Source: Alphaproteobacteria bacterium (GTDB taxonomy: Bacteria > Pseudomonadota > Alphaproteobacteria > Rhizobiales > Aestuariivirgaceae). Taken from it: 43,529 bases of DNA. The notes beneath the pieces are model-generated. The model worked only from the letters and a program-made list of their open reading frames with translations, was not told the origin of the DNA and searched no databases. Position numbers and translations under genes: made by a program. Of this stretch, positions 9,501-16,499 are shown in pieces. Position 1 is the first letter of the stretch. Each line of letters opens with the position of its first letter. The stretch is from assembly GCA_024279045.1 (NCBI GenBank), contig JAJRRZ010000046.1, positions 1 to 43,529 of the forward strand. Direction: 5' to 3'.

Positions 9501-10417
9501 TTCCTGTCGGTATCACGCAGGATACGCTCCGGCAGCGAAGCAAGTTGTTGCAGGCATTGCTCCAGCGCGCGCCGAGGCAACTGCTCGAACCATGCGGCCA
9601 GCCACGTCTGCTCGTCTTCCGGCTCTTTCTCGCCGATACCCACCGCCACGCGCAGAGCCTTCATGACAGCGTCATGCACCTCATCGCTGCGCCGCATGCG
9701 TGCCAGCAACTGCCGATGCCGCAACAGCGCCCCCAGCAGCTTGTGCATGCGCTCTTCGCTGTTCAGTGTCGCCAGCAGCGCCAGCCACTCGCGCAATACC
9801 GCGCTTTCACCGCCTTCCGCCACCAACAGCCGCGCCTTTGCCTCCTCCAGCAGGGCACGGGTCTGCGTTTCGTCCATCACCTCGAACCCCGGCGGCATCC
9901 CCGCCTCTACCGGGAACGCCTGCAACAATCGCTCGCAGAAGGCATGGATGGTCTGCACCTTCAGCCCACCCGGCGTCTCCAGCGCCATAGTGAACAACCG
10001 CCGCGCCAGCGGCAGCTGATCGTCGCGAAAATTGGCATGGTTCAGGTGCCGATCGCCACGGATGCGCTCCAGCAGTTCGCCATCATCCAGATGGATCCAT
10101 TCCGCCAACCGGTCGAACAGGCGGCTGCGCATCTCCGTCGCCGCGGCCTTGGTGTAGGTAAGGCACAGAATGCTCTCTGGCCTGGCCCCATCCAGCAACA
10201 GGCGGATCACCCGGTTCACCAGCAGATAGGTCTTGCCTGACCCTGCATTGGCGTTCACGAACACCGACAGCTTCGGATCCGCCGCCTTGTGCTGTTGCGC
10301 GCTGGCGTGCGCCTGCACGTGATCGGCCTTTTGCAACAGCATCTTGCGCTCCGCTGATGCTGCCTCCACCGTGTCCGCGCCCTTGCCACACGCTGTCATG
10401 TCCGCATCCCCGGCCAT
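6593..10417 (-). CDS. addA: Double-strand break repair helicase/nuclease AddA
   Basis: ANAGSGKT, LCLTYTKAAATEM, ALETPGGLKVQTIHAFC, DEAQDTS, VGDVKQSIYSFQGA, MTVHGAKGLEAP, RLLYVAMTRA; RecB-type nuclease GQIDRL...DFKT...QLALY. ATG 10417 has an AGAAGG RBS; alternative GTG at 10432. Confidence 0.96.
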   Translation of the reverse strand: MAGDADMTACGKGADTVEAASAERKMLLQKADHVQAHASAQQHKAADPKLSVFVNANAGSGKTYLLVNRVIRLLLDGARPESILCLTYTKAAATEMRSRLFDRLAEWIHLDDGELLERIRGDRHLNHANFRDDQLPLARRLFTMALETPGGLKVQTIHAFCERLLQAFPVEAGMPPGFEVMDETQTRALLEEAKARLLVAEGGESAVLREWLALLATLNSEERMHKLLGALLRHRQLLARMRRSDEVHDAVMKALRVAVGIGEKEPEDEQTWLAAWFEQLPRRALEQCLQQLASLPERILRDTDRKTCAALREMLRANDAAAAADIAMRLFLKADGELRHERRWLLTSKVRDAAPQAVAVLKQQEHAIWRLRQGLLARRMLAANVALLQVGQAILDLYEQEKARQGRFDYDDLILRTLALLDGDRGAWVLYRLDGGIEHLLLDEAQDTSPEQWEILLRLTEEFTAGSGAERPGRVAHAGRRTVFAVGDVKQSIYSFQGAAPEAFHQVRDFFRERHAQAGLEFDAVPLGVSFRTVQEILEVVDTVLGLDGFRLGEDDLTPHESARPHVRGFVELWPLEEGGEADDVDDEAAGVDGGEEDETTRAVRQLWQVPVSLEADMRPRLRLAARIADTIRRWLDEGEALPPDERQGQDGPRRIQPKDILILVRNRTTLMDAIVSALKQRGIAVAGVDRLKVVDHIAVQDMLALVRFLLLPADDLSLAAVLKSPLAEKDDGTPFDDDDLLRLRGELFDFSAPLENIVQVHEERPLWRQLQAAAEAGAPVRQVVVRLRQWRKMAGQVPPWELLAHVLWRDGGVRRFVARLGEEALEPLEALLDLAQRFEREEAASLSAFVEWLQHEAPEIKRELEGAESTADDAGAVSVMTVHGAKGLEAPVVFLADTTDVPTEKHLDLIELALPQGQAGAQLPLWPMRGADRPAMVRELVEAHKRGVEEEYNRLLYVAMTRAADRLYVCGAKSRHGKGGNGADDGEGGSGASASKPRIRSWYEWLSDVLCKDEFAVPLEDGRTVWRFPREVEEYRCEQVPQPAEPVPLPDWAMQDALEEPGPAEWLSPSRLGDGGKGEGARAAEPVLSPLELVQRRDETLPDALRRGVFIHKLLQYLLEVEAERRAPLAVEWLMQPGQGLDETRAQALWVEVERVLAEPEAQALFGPHSRAEVPFAARLPGAGNGAGMLVSGQIDRLAVLEQEVIVADFKTARPLPRGVQDVPDSHVRQLALYRHAAARIWPDKAVRGVLIYTAGPLLLKLPEEMLEAALPG

Positions 10418-10428
10418 GCCTTCTCTTA

Positions 10429-11133
10429 TCACGATTCGCCGCCCATCGCGCCGCCAATCGCATCACGCACCACGCCAGCCACGCTGCCATCACCGCCACC
10501 ATCACCGCGCCGCAGCGGATTGCCCACCTCCCGCGCCTTCAGCATGCCCGCCGGCGCAGGCTGCAACAGCCGCACCGCCTCCACCGCCGCCACGCCACGC
10601 ACATCCAGCCACGCCGACCAGTGTTCGCGGCGCAGCAGGGCCGGCATACGTTCATGCACTGGCGCAACATCGACATTGGCATCTACGGTGATGATGGCCA
10701 TGGTATCCATCTCGCTGCCGTCTGCCCCCTGCCAGCGCTCCCACAGCCCCGCCATGGCGAATACCCGCTCGTCCGGCAGTGTGAACAGCACCGCCCTCTT
10801 CGCCCCGCGTGGCCCCGTCCATTCGTGGAACCCGTCCGCCACCACCAGGCAGCGCCGATGCCGCACCGCACCGCGAAACATCGGCTTGTCCAGTAGCGTT
10901 TCCGCCCGCGCGTTGATCATCCTGCGCCCTTTTGGCCATTCACGCATCCAGTGCGGCACAAGCCCCCACAGCACCAGCTTCCAATGCCACCGCCCATCAC
11001 CTGCCTGCCACACGATGCCCACCGGTTCACCGGGGCGGATCACCTGCCGCGGCGCAAACGCCTCCTTCTCCACGTAGCCGAAACGCTCCCGCACCTTTTC
11101 CGGCGGCGTGATCAGCCGATACAATCCGCACAT
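10429..11133 (-). CDS. SOS response-associated peptidase (SRAP/HMCES/YedK family abasic-site protection protein)
   Basis: N-terminal MCG (catalytic Cys2), WGLVPHW, INARAET, RRCLVVADGFHEW, AGLWE, HERMP. Confidence 0.93.
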   Translation of the reverse strand: MCGLYRLITPPEKVRERFGYVEKEAFAPRQVIRPGEPVGIVWQAGDGRWHWKLVLWGLVPHWMREWPKGRRMINARAETLLDKPMFRGAVRHRRCLVVADGFHEWTGPRGAKRAVLFTLPDERVFAMAGLWERWQGADGSEMDTMAIITVDANVDVAPVHERMPALLRREHWSAWLDVRGVAAVEAVRLLQPAPAGMLKAREVGNPLRRGDGGGDGSVAGVVRDAIGGAMGGES

Positions 11134-11149
11134 GCCCGCTGCTCCCGAC

Positions 11150-11181
11150 AAAAAAGACCCGCCGCAATGATGCAGCGGGTC
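11150..11181 (-). terminator. Rho-independent terminator after tRNA-Pro
   Basis: Minus strand GACCCGCTGCA-TCAT-TGCGGCGGGTC followed by TTTTTT. Confidence 0.8.
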
Positions 11182-11243
11182 AGTCGATTCGCAAGGACCA
11201 ACACCCTGAAACAGATATCGGTCCGGCTTGTCGTTGTCGGAAA

Positions 11244-11320
11244 TGGTCGGAGTGGGCAGATTCGAACTGCCGACCCCCTGCTCCCGAAGCAGGTGCGCTA
11301 CCAGGCTGCGCTACACTCCG
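11244..11320 (-). tRNA. tRNA-Pro (anticodon CGG)
   Basis: CGGAGTGTAGCGCAGCCTGGTAGCGCACCTGCTTCGGGAGCAGGGGGTCGGCAGTTCGAATCTGCCCACTCCGACCA; full cloverleaf with encoded CCA. Confidence 0.98.
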
Positions 11321-11386
11321 CCATCATCAGCCGCCGGTCGTTGCCGGCAACGGGCGCGAGCACACCGCCACGCCTTTTCCGCCAGC

Positions 11387-11415
11387 TATATAACCCCCCC
11401 TCGCCACCCCCGCAA
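11387..11415 (-). promoter_or_regulatory. Putative sigma70 promoter for tRNA-Pro
   Basis: TTGCGG-N17-TATATA on the minus strand. Confidence 0.6.
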
Positions 11416-11477
11416 GAGACCCTGCGGAAAATATCCTGCCTCTCCGCCAACCGCACCGCCACCAGCACGCGCACAAC

Positions 11478-11506
11478 TTGCCTCCAACCCGTCCACGTGG
11501 TATCAC
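11478..11506 (+). promoter_or_regulatory. Putative sigma70 promoter upstream of the hairpin and tRNA-Gln
   Basis: TTGCCT-N17-TATCAC. Confidence 0.45.
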
Positions 11507-11512
11507 GTGGCC

Positions 11513-11596
11513 GCATGATGTCCGTTGCCGCCATGTATCGGTTTCTTCCGGGGGCTGAGGAGAGCCACGACATGGCCATGCAACCGGGCATCATGC
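11513..11596. repeat. 84-nt imperfect hairpin between the tRNA genes
   Basis: Nested pairings GCATGATGTCCG/CGGGCATCATGC, TTGC/GCAA, GCCATGT/ACATGGC. Confidence 0.7.
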
Positions 11597-11699
11597 ACTC
11601 GCCCCCTCTCTCCGCACAGACACTGCGTGATTCCCTCTTGCTCCTTTTTCGCTGCTGACATAAATCAGGCCCATCGCCTGCCCACGGCAGCGATTCTCC

Positions 11700-11773
11700 T
11701 GGGGCGTAGCCAAGCGGTAAGGCAACGGGTTTTGGTCCCGTGATCGCAGGTTCGAATCCTGCCGCCCCAGCCA
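11700..11773 (+). tRNA. tRNA-Gln (anticodon TTG)
   Basis: TGGGGCGTAGCCAAGCGGTAAGGCAACGGGTTTTGGTCCCGTGATCGCAGGTTCGAATCCTGCCGCCCCAGCCA; cloverleaf with CCA. Confidence 0.98.
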
Positions 11774-11785
11774 GCCAGCCACATA

Positions 11786-12208
11786 GTGGCTTCCAACTTT
11801 TGCAGACGCAGGGATTGCCCGGCACTTCTCTCTTCATCCTTTCGCGCCGAGCCCGATGCCGACTTGGGGCAGTGTCGTGGCTTCCAACTTTTGCAAACAC
11901 AGGGATTACCCGGCACTTCTCTCTTCATCCTTTCGCGCCGAGCCCGATGCCGACCTGGGGCAGTGCCGTGGCTTCCGACTTTTGCAAACACAGGGATTGC
12001 CCGGCACCTCTCTCTTCATCCTTTCACGCCGAGCCCGATGCCGACCTGGGGCAGTGCCGTGGCTTCCAACTTTTGCAAACACAGGGATTGCCCGGCACCT
12101 CTCTCTTCATCCTTTCACGCCGAGCCCGATGCCGACCTGGGGCAGTGCCGTGGCTTCCGGCTTTTGCAAACGCAGGGACTGCCCGCCCCCTCTTCATCCT
12201 TTCACGCC
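11786..12208. repeat. Tandem repeat, 91-bp unit x about 4.6, directly downstream of tRNA-Gln
   Basis: Units start at 11786, 11877, 11968, 12059 and 12150 (partial). Consensus GTGGCTTCCAACTTTTGCAAACACAGGGATTGCCCGGCACYTCTCTCTTCATCCTTTCRCGCCGAGCCCGATGCCGACCTGGGGCAGTGCC. Confidence 0.97.
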
Positions 12209-12212
12209 ACGG

Positions 12213-13163
12213 TCATTTTACCAGCCCCTTGCGCAGCAGGCGCGGCAGCATCAGCGCCCCGGCCAGCAGCGGGTGGCGGCGCTGCCAGTCTGTCAGCATC
12301 ACCTTCTCGCCCGTATGCCGCTCTATCTTGAAGGCGATGTAATCCGCCCCGCCGCTGAAGGTGAATGCCGCCTTGGCCAGTCGCAGCACGCTGAGTGCCT
12401 TGCCCTGCCAGATGACACGCCGCCAGTTCAGCTTGCCGCGTATCTCCTCCAGCCAGGCGGGAAAGGCGATCTCCTCCACCTGCCCGAACATTGCCCGCAC
12501 CGCCTCGCGGTACCACTCTTCGTCCGCCGCCACCACCTGCCTTGCCCGATCCGGCCCTTCCACCCGCAGCTCGGTGGCATAGGTTGCGCGCAGCAACTCT
12601 TCCCACAGTGCGCGCCAGTCTGGTTTTGCCTCAGGCGCCAGAATCGCCGCCGTCGCCAGCGCCGTGAACACCGCATCCACCAGCGCGTCCTCCACCACCT
12701 GTCGTGCTGCCTCGTCCGCCGCGAACACCAGCCGCGACGGCTGCGCGAAACGCGCCCAGAAATAGGGATTGCCGATATCCGGCTCCATGCGCTCGGCAAA
12801 TTGCGCCAGCGGCAGCACCGCATACTTGGCCCGCAACCGCGCGCCATCATGCTCGGTCGCAAGGTAATGCACGTTCGGCGGCACCAGCCGGCAGCCCAGC
12901 CGCGCCAGCACATTGCCACTGACATCACGCAGACTGTCCGTCAGCACATACAGGTCGGCCAGTGTCTCCGCGAACGAGGCATCGCGCAGCGTCGAACCAT
13001 AGGCCAGCACCGCGCGCACGCCCCGCGCTCCACCATGTTGCGCCATTGCCTTATTGGCCAGCGCCTGCAATTCCGCCGCCACCGGCAGTTCAAGCCGCGC
13101 GCCGATCAGCCACCGCAACGCCACCTCGTCGGCCATCTCCAGATTGTCCGGCCAGTGAAACAT
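12213..13163 (-). CDS. Tam41/Mmp37-like lipid cytidylyltransferase (CpgC-like)
   Basis: Nucleotidyltransferase-fold motifs AVLAYGS...LADLYVL, PPNVHY, AKYAVL, YFWARFAQP, TYATELRVE, KAAFTF.GGADY..KIERHTG; operon context with a lipid kinase and a CDP-alcohol transferase. Start set to ATG 13163. Confidence 0.7.
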   Translation of the reverse strand: MFHWPDNLEMADEVALRWLIGARLELPVAAELQALANKAMAQHGGARGVRAVLAYGSTLRDASFAETLADLYVLTDSLRDVSGNVLARLGCRLVPPNVHYLATEHDGARLRAKYAVLPLAQFAERMEPDIGNPYFWARFAQPSRLVFAADEAARQVVEDALVDAVFTALATAAILAPEAKPDWRALWEELLRATYATELRVEGPDRARQVVAADEEWYREAVRAMFGQVEEIAFPAWLEEIRGKLNWRRVIWQGKALSVLRLAKAAFTFSGGADYIAFKIERHTGEKVMLTDWQRRHPLLAGALMLPRLLRKGLVK

Positions 13164-13180
13164 CTGCGGGCCTGCTTTCC

Positions 13181-14209
13181 TCAGTCGACGAGATAACGCA
13201 TCACCGGGCCACGCTCGATGACCAGCGGCGCATTGCGCGGCACGGCAATCTCTTCGCCATCCATCACGAAACGGCTGGTCGTTTCCACCTCCAGCCGCCA
13301 CGCGCAACGACTGGTCATCCGTTCATGCATGCGCCGCTCTTCGCTACCATACATCACCTTCGGCAGCCAGCGTGGCAGAAACGGCACCGGATAACCGAAC
13401 AGCGACACCCTGAGCGGCATTTCCGCCGCCCCCATCCCTTCCGCGCAGCCACCCCAGAAGGGACGCGCGCCCAATACCAGCTTGCGTAACGTGGTGGCCA
13501 GCAACGCCACCTGCCATCCCTCGCCGAGCAGCTCGCCATCGGCCCGCACGCGCATCTCGTGTGGGCGGTCGATGCGCTGTTCCTCGCCGGGTCGCGCCGG
13601 GCGCAGCAGCGCCTTGCCAGCCACCTTCAGCATGGTCAGCAACGGCCCCCACTGCCCACGAATGCCCGCCCCGCGGTTGAACACGTCGCGGCAATACAGC
13701 GTTGCCTCAGCCAGCACGCCCGCACCGATGAACATGCCATGCTGGGCGCCGCCCTCGGCATTGGCCACCCGCACCGTCGGGCGCGCGATGATGCGCGCCG
13801 CATTGCGCCGCCAGCCTTGCGCGCCGATCAGCCCCGCCTGCTCGGCCACGCCCTTCACCTTCAGGCCGATGTCGGCAGCGGTCATGTTGGTGGAGCCATG
13901 CGGCAGCAACACCAGCAGCGGCCAGCGCCCGTGTGGCAGGCCGCTGCGCTCGGCCAGCCAAGTCTGCACATATTGCACCGTGCCATCACCGGCGGAAATG
14001 AACAACGCCTCCGGCGGCTTTGCGGCCATTTCCCGCAGTGCCGGCTCCAGTTGCTCGAAGCGCTGCAACACCACCACCCGCGCGCCCGGTGCGTCGCGCA
14101 CGGCCTCGGCCAGCGCCAGCCCCTGCCGGTTCTCGCCGCCGGAGTGCGGGTTGACGATCAGCGCCGCCGTGGGTGCATCGCCTGCGTGGGTGATTGCTGC
14201 GCCGCTCAT
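13181..14209 (-). CDS. Diacylglycerol/sphingosine/ceramide kinase family protein (CpgB-like)
   Basis: LIVNPHSG, SAGDGTV, LPHGSTNMTA, GMFIGAG, FVMDGE; ATGA overlap with the upstream gene. Confidence 0.88.
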   Translation of the reverse strand: MSGAAITHAGDAPTAALIVNPHSGGENRQGLALAEAVRDAPGARVVVLQRFEQLEPALREMAAKPPEALFISAGDGTVQYVQTWLAERSGLPHGRWPLLVLLPHGSTNMTAADIGLKVKGVAEQAGLIGAQGWRRNAARIIARPTVRVANAEGGAQHGMFIGAGVLAEATLYCRDVFNRGAGIRGQWGPLLTMLKVAGKALLRPARPGEEQRIDRPHEMRVRADGELLGEGWQVALLATTLRKLVLGARPFWGGCAEGMGAAEMPLRVSLFGYPVPFLPRWLPKVMYGSEERRMHERMTSRCAWRLEVETTSRFVMDGEEIAVPRNAPLVIERGPVMRYLVD

Positions 14210-15417
14210 GCATTCTCCCGCGCCATCCACGACACCAGCTTTCCCCTGCGGCGCTTTTCGGCAAAGGCCTGCGCCAGTTGCACCGCATGCACCAGCAGCG
14301 AGATCAACGTCCATGCCGCCACCGCGATCAACCCCCAATCGGGCCGCCCGATCAGCCAGAATGCCGTCAGCAGCACCAGGTTGGGGTTGCGCCGCGCGGT
14401 AATTTCACGAAACCAGGTATCGAACCTGCGCCAGATATGAATCTCCATGCCCAACCACGCAATGGAGATACCCTCCATCAGCCGCTGGATGACATATCCG
14501 GCGATGATGACGATCAGGCTGCCCCACCACCAGGTGCTGTCCAGCGGCGTGCCGTAGGCGGCCAGCCCCATGGCCCAGGCCGCATACCAGAACGGGGGAT
14601 GCACCAGGTCGATGCCATGATCGAAAATGTCGCCGAACTTGCTGGAAGTCAGCGTCGTGCGCGCCAGCTTGCCATCCACCGTGTCGAGAAAGGTCATGCC
14701 CCAGGCGGCGGCTAGCCCCCAGCCGTATTGTCCGGCGGCGAACAGCGCAAAGGCCACCACCACCAGCACGGCGGAAAGCAGCGTTACCATGTTCGGTGTT
14801 ACGCGCGTGTGCTCCGCCAGCCAGCGCGTAACATGAAACGCCGGGCGCGGCCATACGCGCTTGGTAACCAGGTCGGTCGCACCCTTGTAGGTGCCCATGA
14901 ACATGCGCCATTCCACCGCCTTGCGCCGCGCCATGTCGCCATCGTCCAGCAACAGGGCATAGGGCGCCTCGCGCTTGCGCAGCTTTTCCTGAAACGCCGC
15001 GCCCGGCAGTTTCTCCGGTGTTGCCACTAGCCAGCCCTTCTCGCGCGCCAGCGCCACATCACCACCCAGCAGCGCCTGTTCCGCCGCCGCCAGATCCGAC
15101 ACATCCACATGCGCCAGCACGGGCCGCGCGGTTTCCGTGTCCAGCAACAGCAGGCCGGGCGTTTCCACCACCGCGCGAGCCAGGGCCGGGTCGATCACAG
15201 CATCGGCCCGCACGACGATGATGGTGCCGTCTGGCTCGTTCGCGACAAGGTTGGCCGCCTGCTCCGGCGCCAGCCGCCGCACGCCCACGTGCGCAAAAAT
15301 GCGCGCCGTGCGCTGCGGCAGGTGCAGACCGAACAGCCGCACCCCACCAGAGCCGACAATCAGCACTCCGGCTGGAGCTTGCGCTTTTTCCCGTGGCATT
15401 TTTTTCGCCTGCCTCAT
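14206..15417 (-). CDS. CDP-alcohol phosphotransferase with N-terminal soluble domain (CpgA-like)
   Basis: Signature DTVDGKLAR-x7-G-x3-D-x3-D, TPNMVT, TYKGATDLVTK, TARRNPN; ATGA overlap with the lptG-like stop. Confidence 0.9.
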   Translation of the reverse strand: MRQAKKMPREKAQAPAGVLIVGSGGVRLFGLHLPQRTARIFAHVGVRRLAPEQAANLVANEPDGTIIVVRADAVIDPALARAVVETPGLLLLDTETARPVLAHVDVSDLAAAEQALLGGDVALAREKGWLVATPEKLPGAAFQEKLRKREAPYALLLDDGDMARRKAVEWRMFMGTYKGATDLVTKRVWPRPAFHVTRWLAEHTRVTPNMVTLLSAVLVVVAFALFAAGQYGWGLAAAWGMTFLDTVDGKLARTTLTSSKFGDIFDHGIDLVHPPFWYAAWAMGLAAYGTPLDSTWWWGSLIVIIAGYVIQRLMEGISIAWLGMEIHIWRRFDTWFREITARRNPNLVLLTAFWLIGRPDWGLIAVAAWTLISLLVHAVQLAQAFAEKRRRGKLVSWMARENA

Positions 15418-16499
15418 TGCACCGTCTGCACGCGCACATACAACGCCGCCGTCAGCAATGCCAGCAACGCCACCGGCAGCCAGCCCGCCAGCCAGGCCGG
15501 AGTCAATCCCAGCTCGCCGATGGTCAGCGCCAATCCATCGAACACGAAGAAAACGAACCCGATGCTCACCCCACCCAGCAGCAGGTAGGGGGCAATGCTC
15601 CCCCGCCGGAAACGCGCCGCCAGCGGAATGCATACCGCAATCATCAACAGCGGCACCAGCAAAGCGGCAATGCGCCTGTGCCACCACACCTCGTACACCT
15701 GCACCGGACGCAGGCCGAAGCCCAGGTTGCGCACGAAATAGTCAAGCTCCGCCAGCGACATCTCCTCCGGATCACCGGAGCGCAAGCCTTCCGCCGCCAG
15801 CTTCAGCTCGCCGTTGTAAACCAGCGCCTTCAGCCGTGTCGGCGGCACCGGTTCACGGCGGTAGATGGCCACATCCTCCAGCAGCCATCGCCCACCAGCG
15901 CGGCGCGCCTTCTTCGCATGGATCTGTTCCGTCAGCAGCCCTGCCTTGTCGCGCCGGAAGATGATCACGTCGCGCAGCCGCGTGGCCCGCGCATCCTCCG
16001 GCAAAACGCGCAGAATATCGTCGCCGGAACGCATCCACACCACGCCCCCCTTGCCGGTGCGCAGCTTCTTGCCGGCGTATTCGCCCACGCCCCAATCGGC
16101 CAGTTGCCGAACCGTCTGCGGCACCACCCTGTCCGCCAGCATGAAATACGCCACCCCCAGCGCCAGCCCCAGCGGCAGCAGCTTCAACAACAACTGCTGC
16201 GGCGCGATGCCCGCCGCCCAGATGGGCACGATCTCGTTGCGATAGCCCAGCTCCACGAGCGCCAGCAGCACCGCCAGCAGCAGCGACATGGGGAAAAATA
16301 CCGACAACACCCCCGGCAAGCGCAACGCCCCGTAGCGCACCAGCGCCATGTAGCCCTCGCCGGGGGCCGCCTGCATGATGCTCTCCATGGTGCTGAGCAC
16401 CTCCAGAGTGATGATAAACAGCGAAATGCTCAATACGATCACCACGAAGCGCGAGACGATCATCCGCGCCAGCATCCGCCCGAGGACCCCCATCTTCAT
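15414..16499 (-). CDS. LptF/LptG family permease (LptG-like paralog)
   Basis: Three N-terminal TM helices, RNEIVPIWAAGI, periplasmic beta-jellyroll region (LRDVIIF...IHAKKA...WLLEDV), PEEMSLAEL, LAGWLP. Confidence 0.88.
   Translation of the reverse strand: MKMGVLGRMLARMIVSRFVVIVLSISLFIITLEVLSTMESIMQAAPGEGYMALVRYGALRLPGVLSVFFPMSLLLAVLLALVELGYRNEIVPIWAAGIAPQQLLLKLLPLGLALGVAYFMLADRVVPQTVRQLADWGVGEYAGKKLRTGKGGVVWMRSGDDILRVLPEDARATRLRDVIIFRRDKAGLLTEQIHAKKARRAGGRWLLEDVAIYRREPVPPTRLKALVYNGELKLAAEGLRSGDPEEMSLAELDYFVRNLGFGLRPVQVYEVWWHRRIAALLVPLLMIAVCIPLAARFRRGSIAPYLLLGGVSIGFVFFVFDGLALTIGELGLTPAWLAGWLPVALLALLTAALYVRVQTVQ

Noticed and set aside
6908-10240. Long plus-strand ORFs (721 aa, 379 aa) opposite addA
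   Set aside because: Antisense shadows typical of high-GC coding DNA; no recognisable motifs.
11244-11773. tRNA-integrated prophage or genomic island
   Set aside because: No integrase and no duplicated tRNA 3' end noticed in the window.
11786-12208. CRISPR array
   Set aside because: Units are near-identical along their full 91 bp with no unique spacers, and there are no cas genes nearby.
11298-12342. ORFs running through the tRNAs and the tandem repeat
   Set aside because: They overlap tRNA genes and cycle through frames of a 91-bp non-triplet repeat, so they are artefacts.
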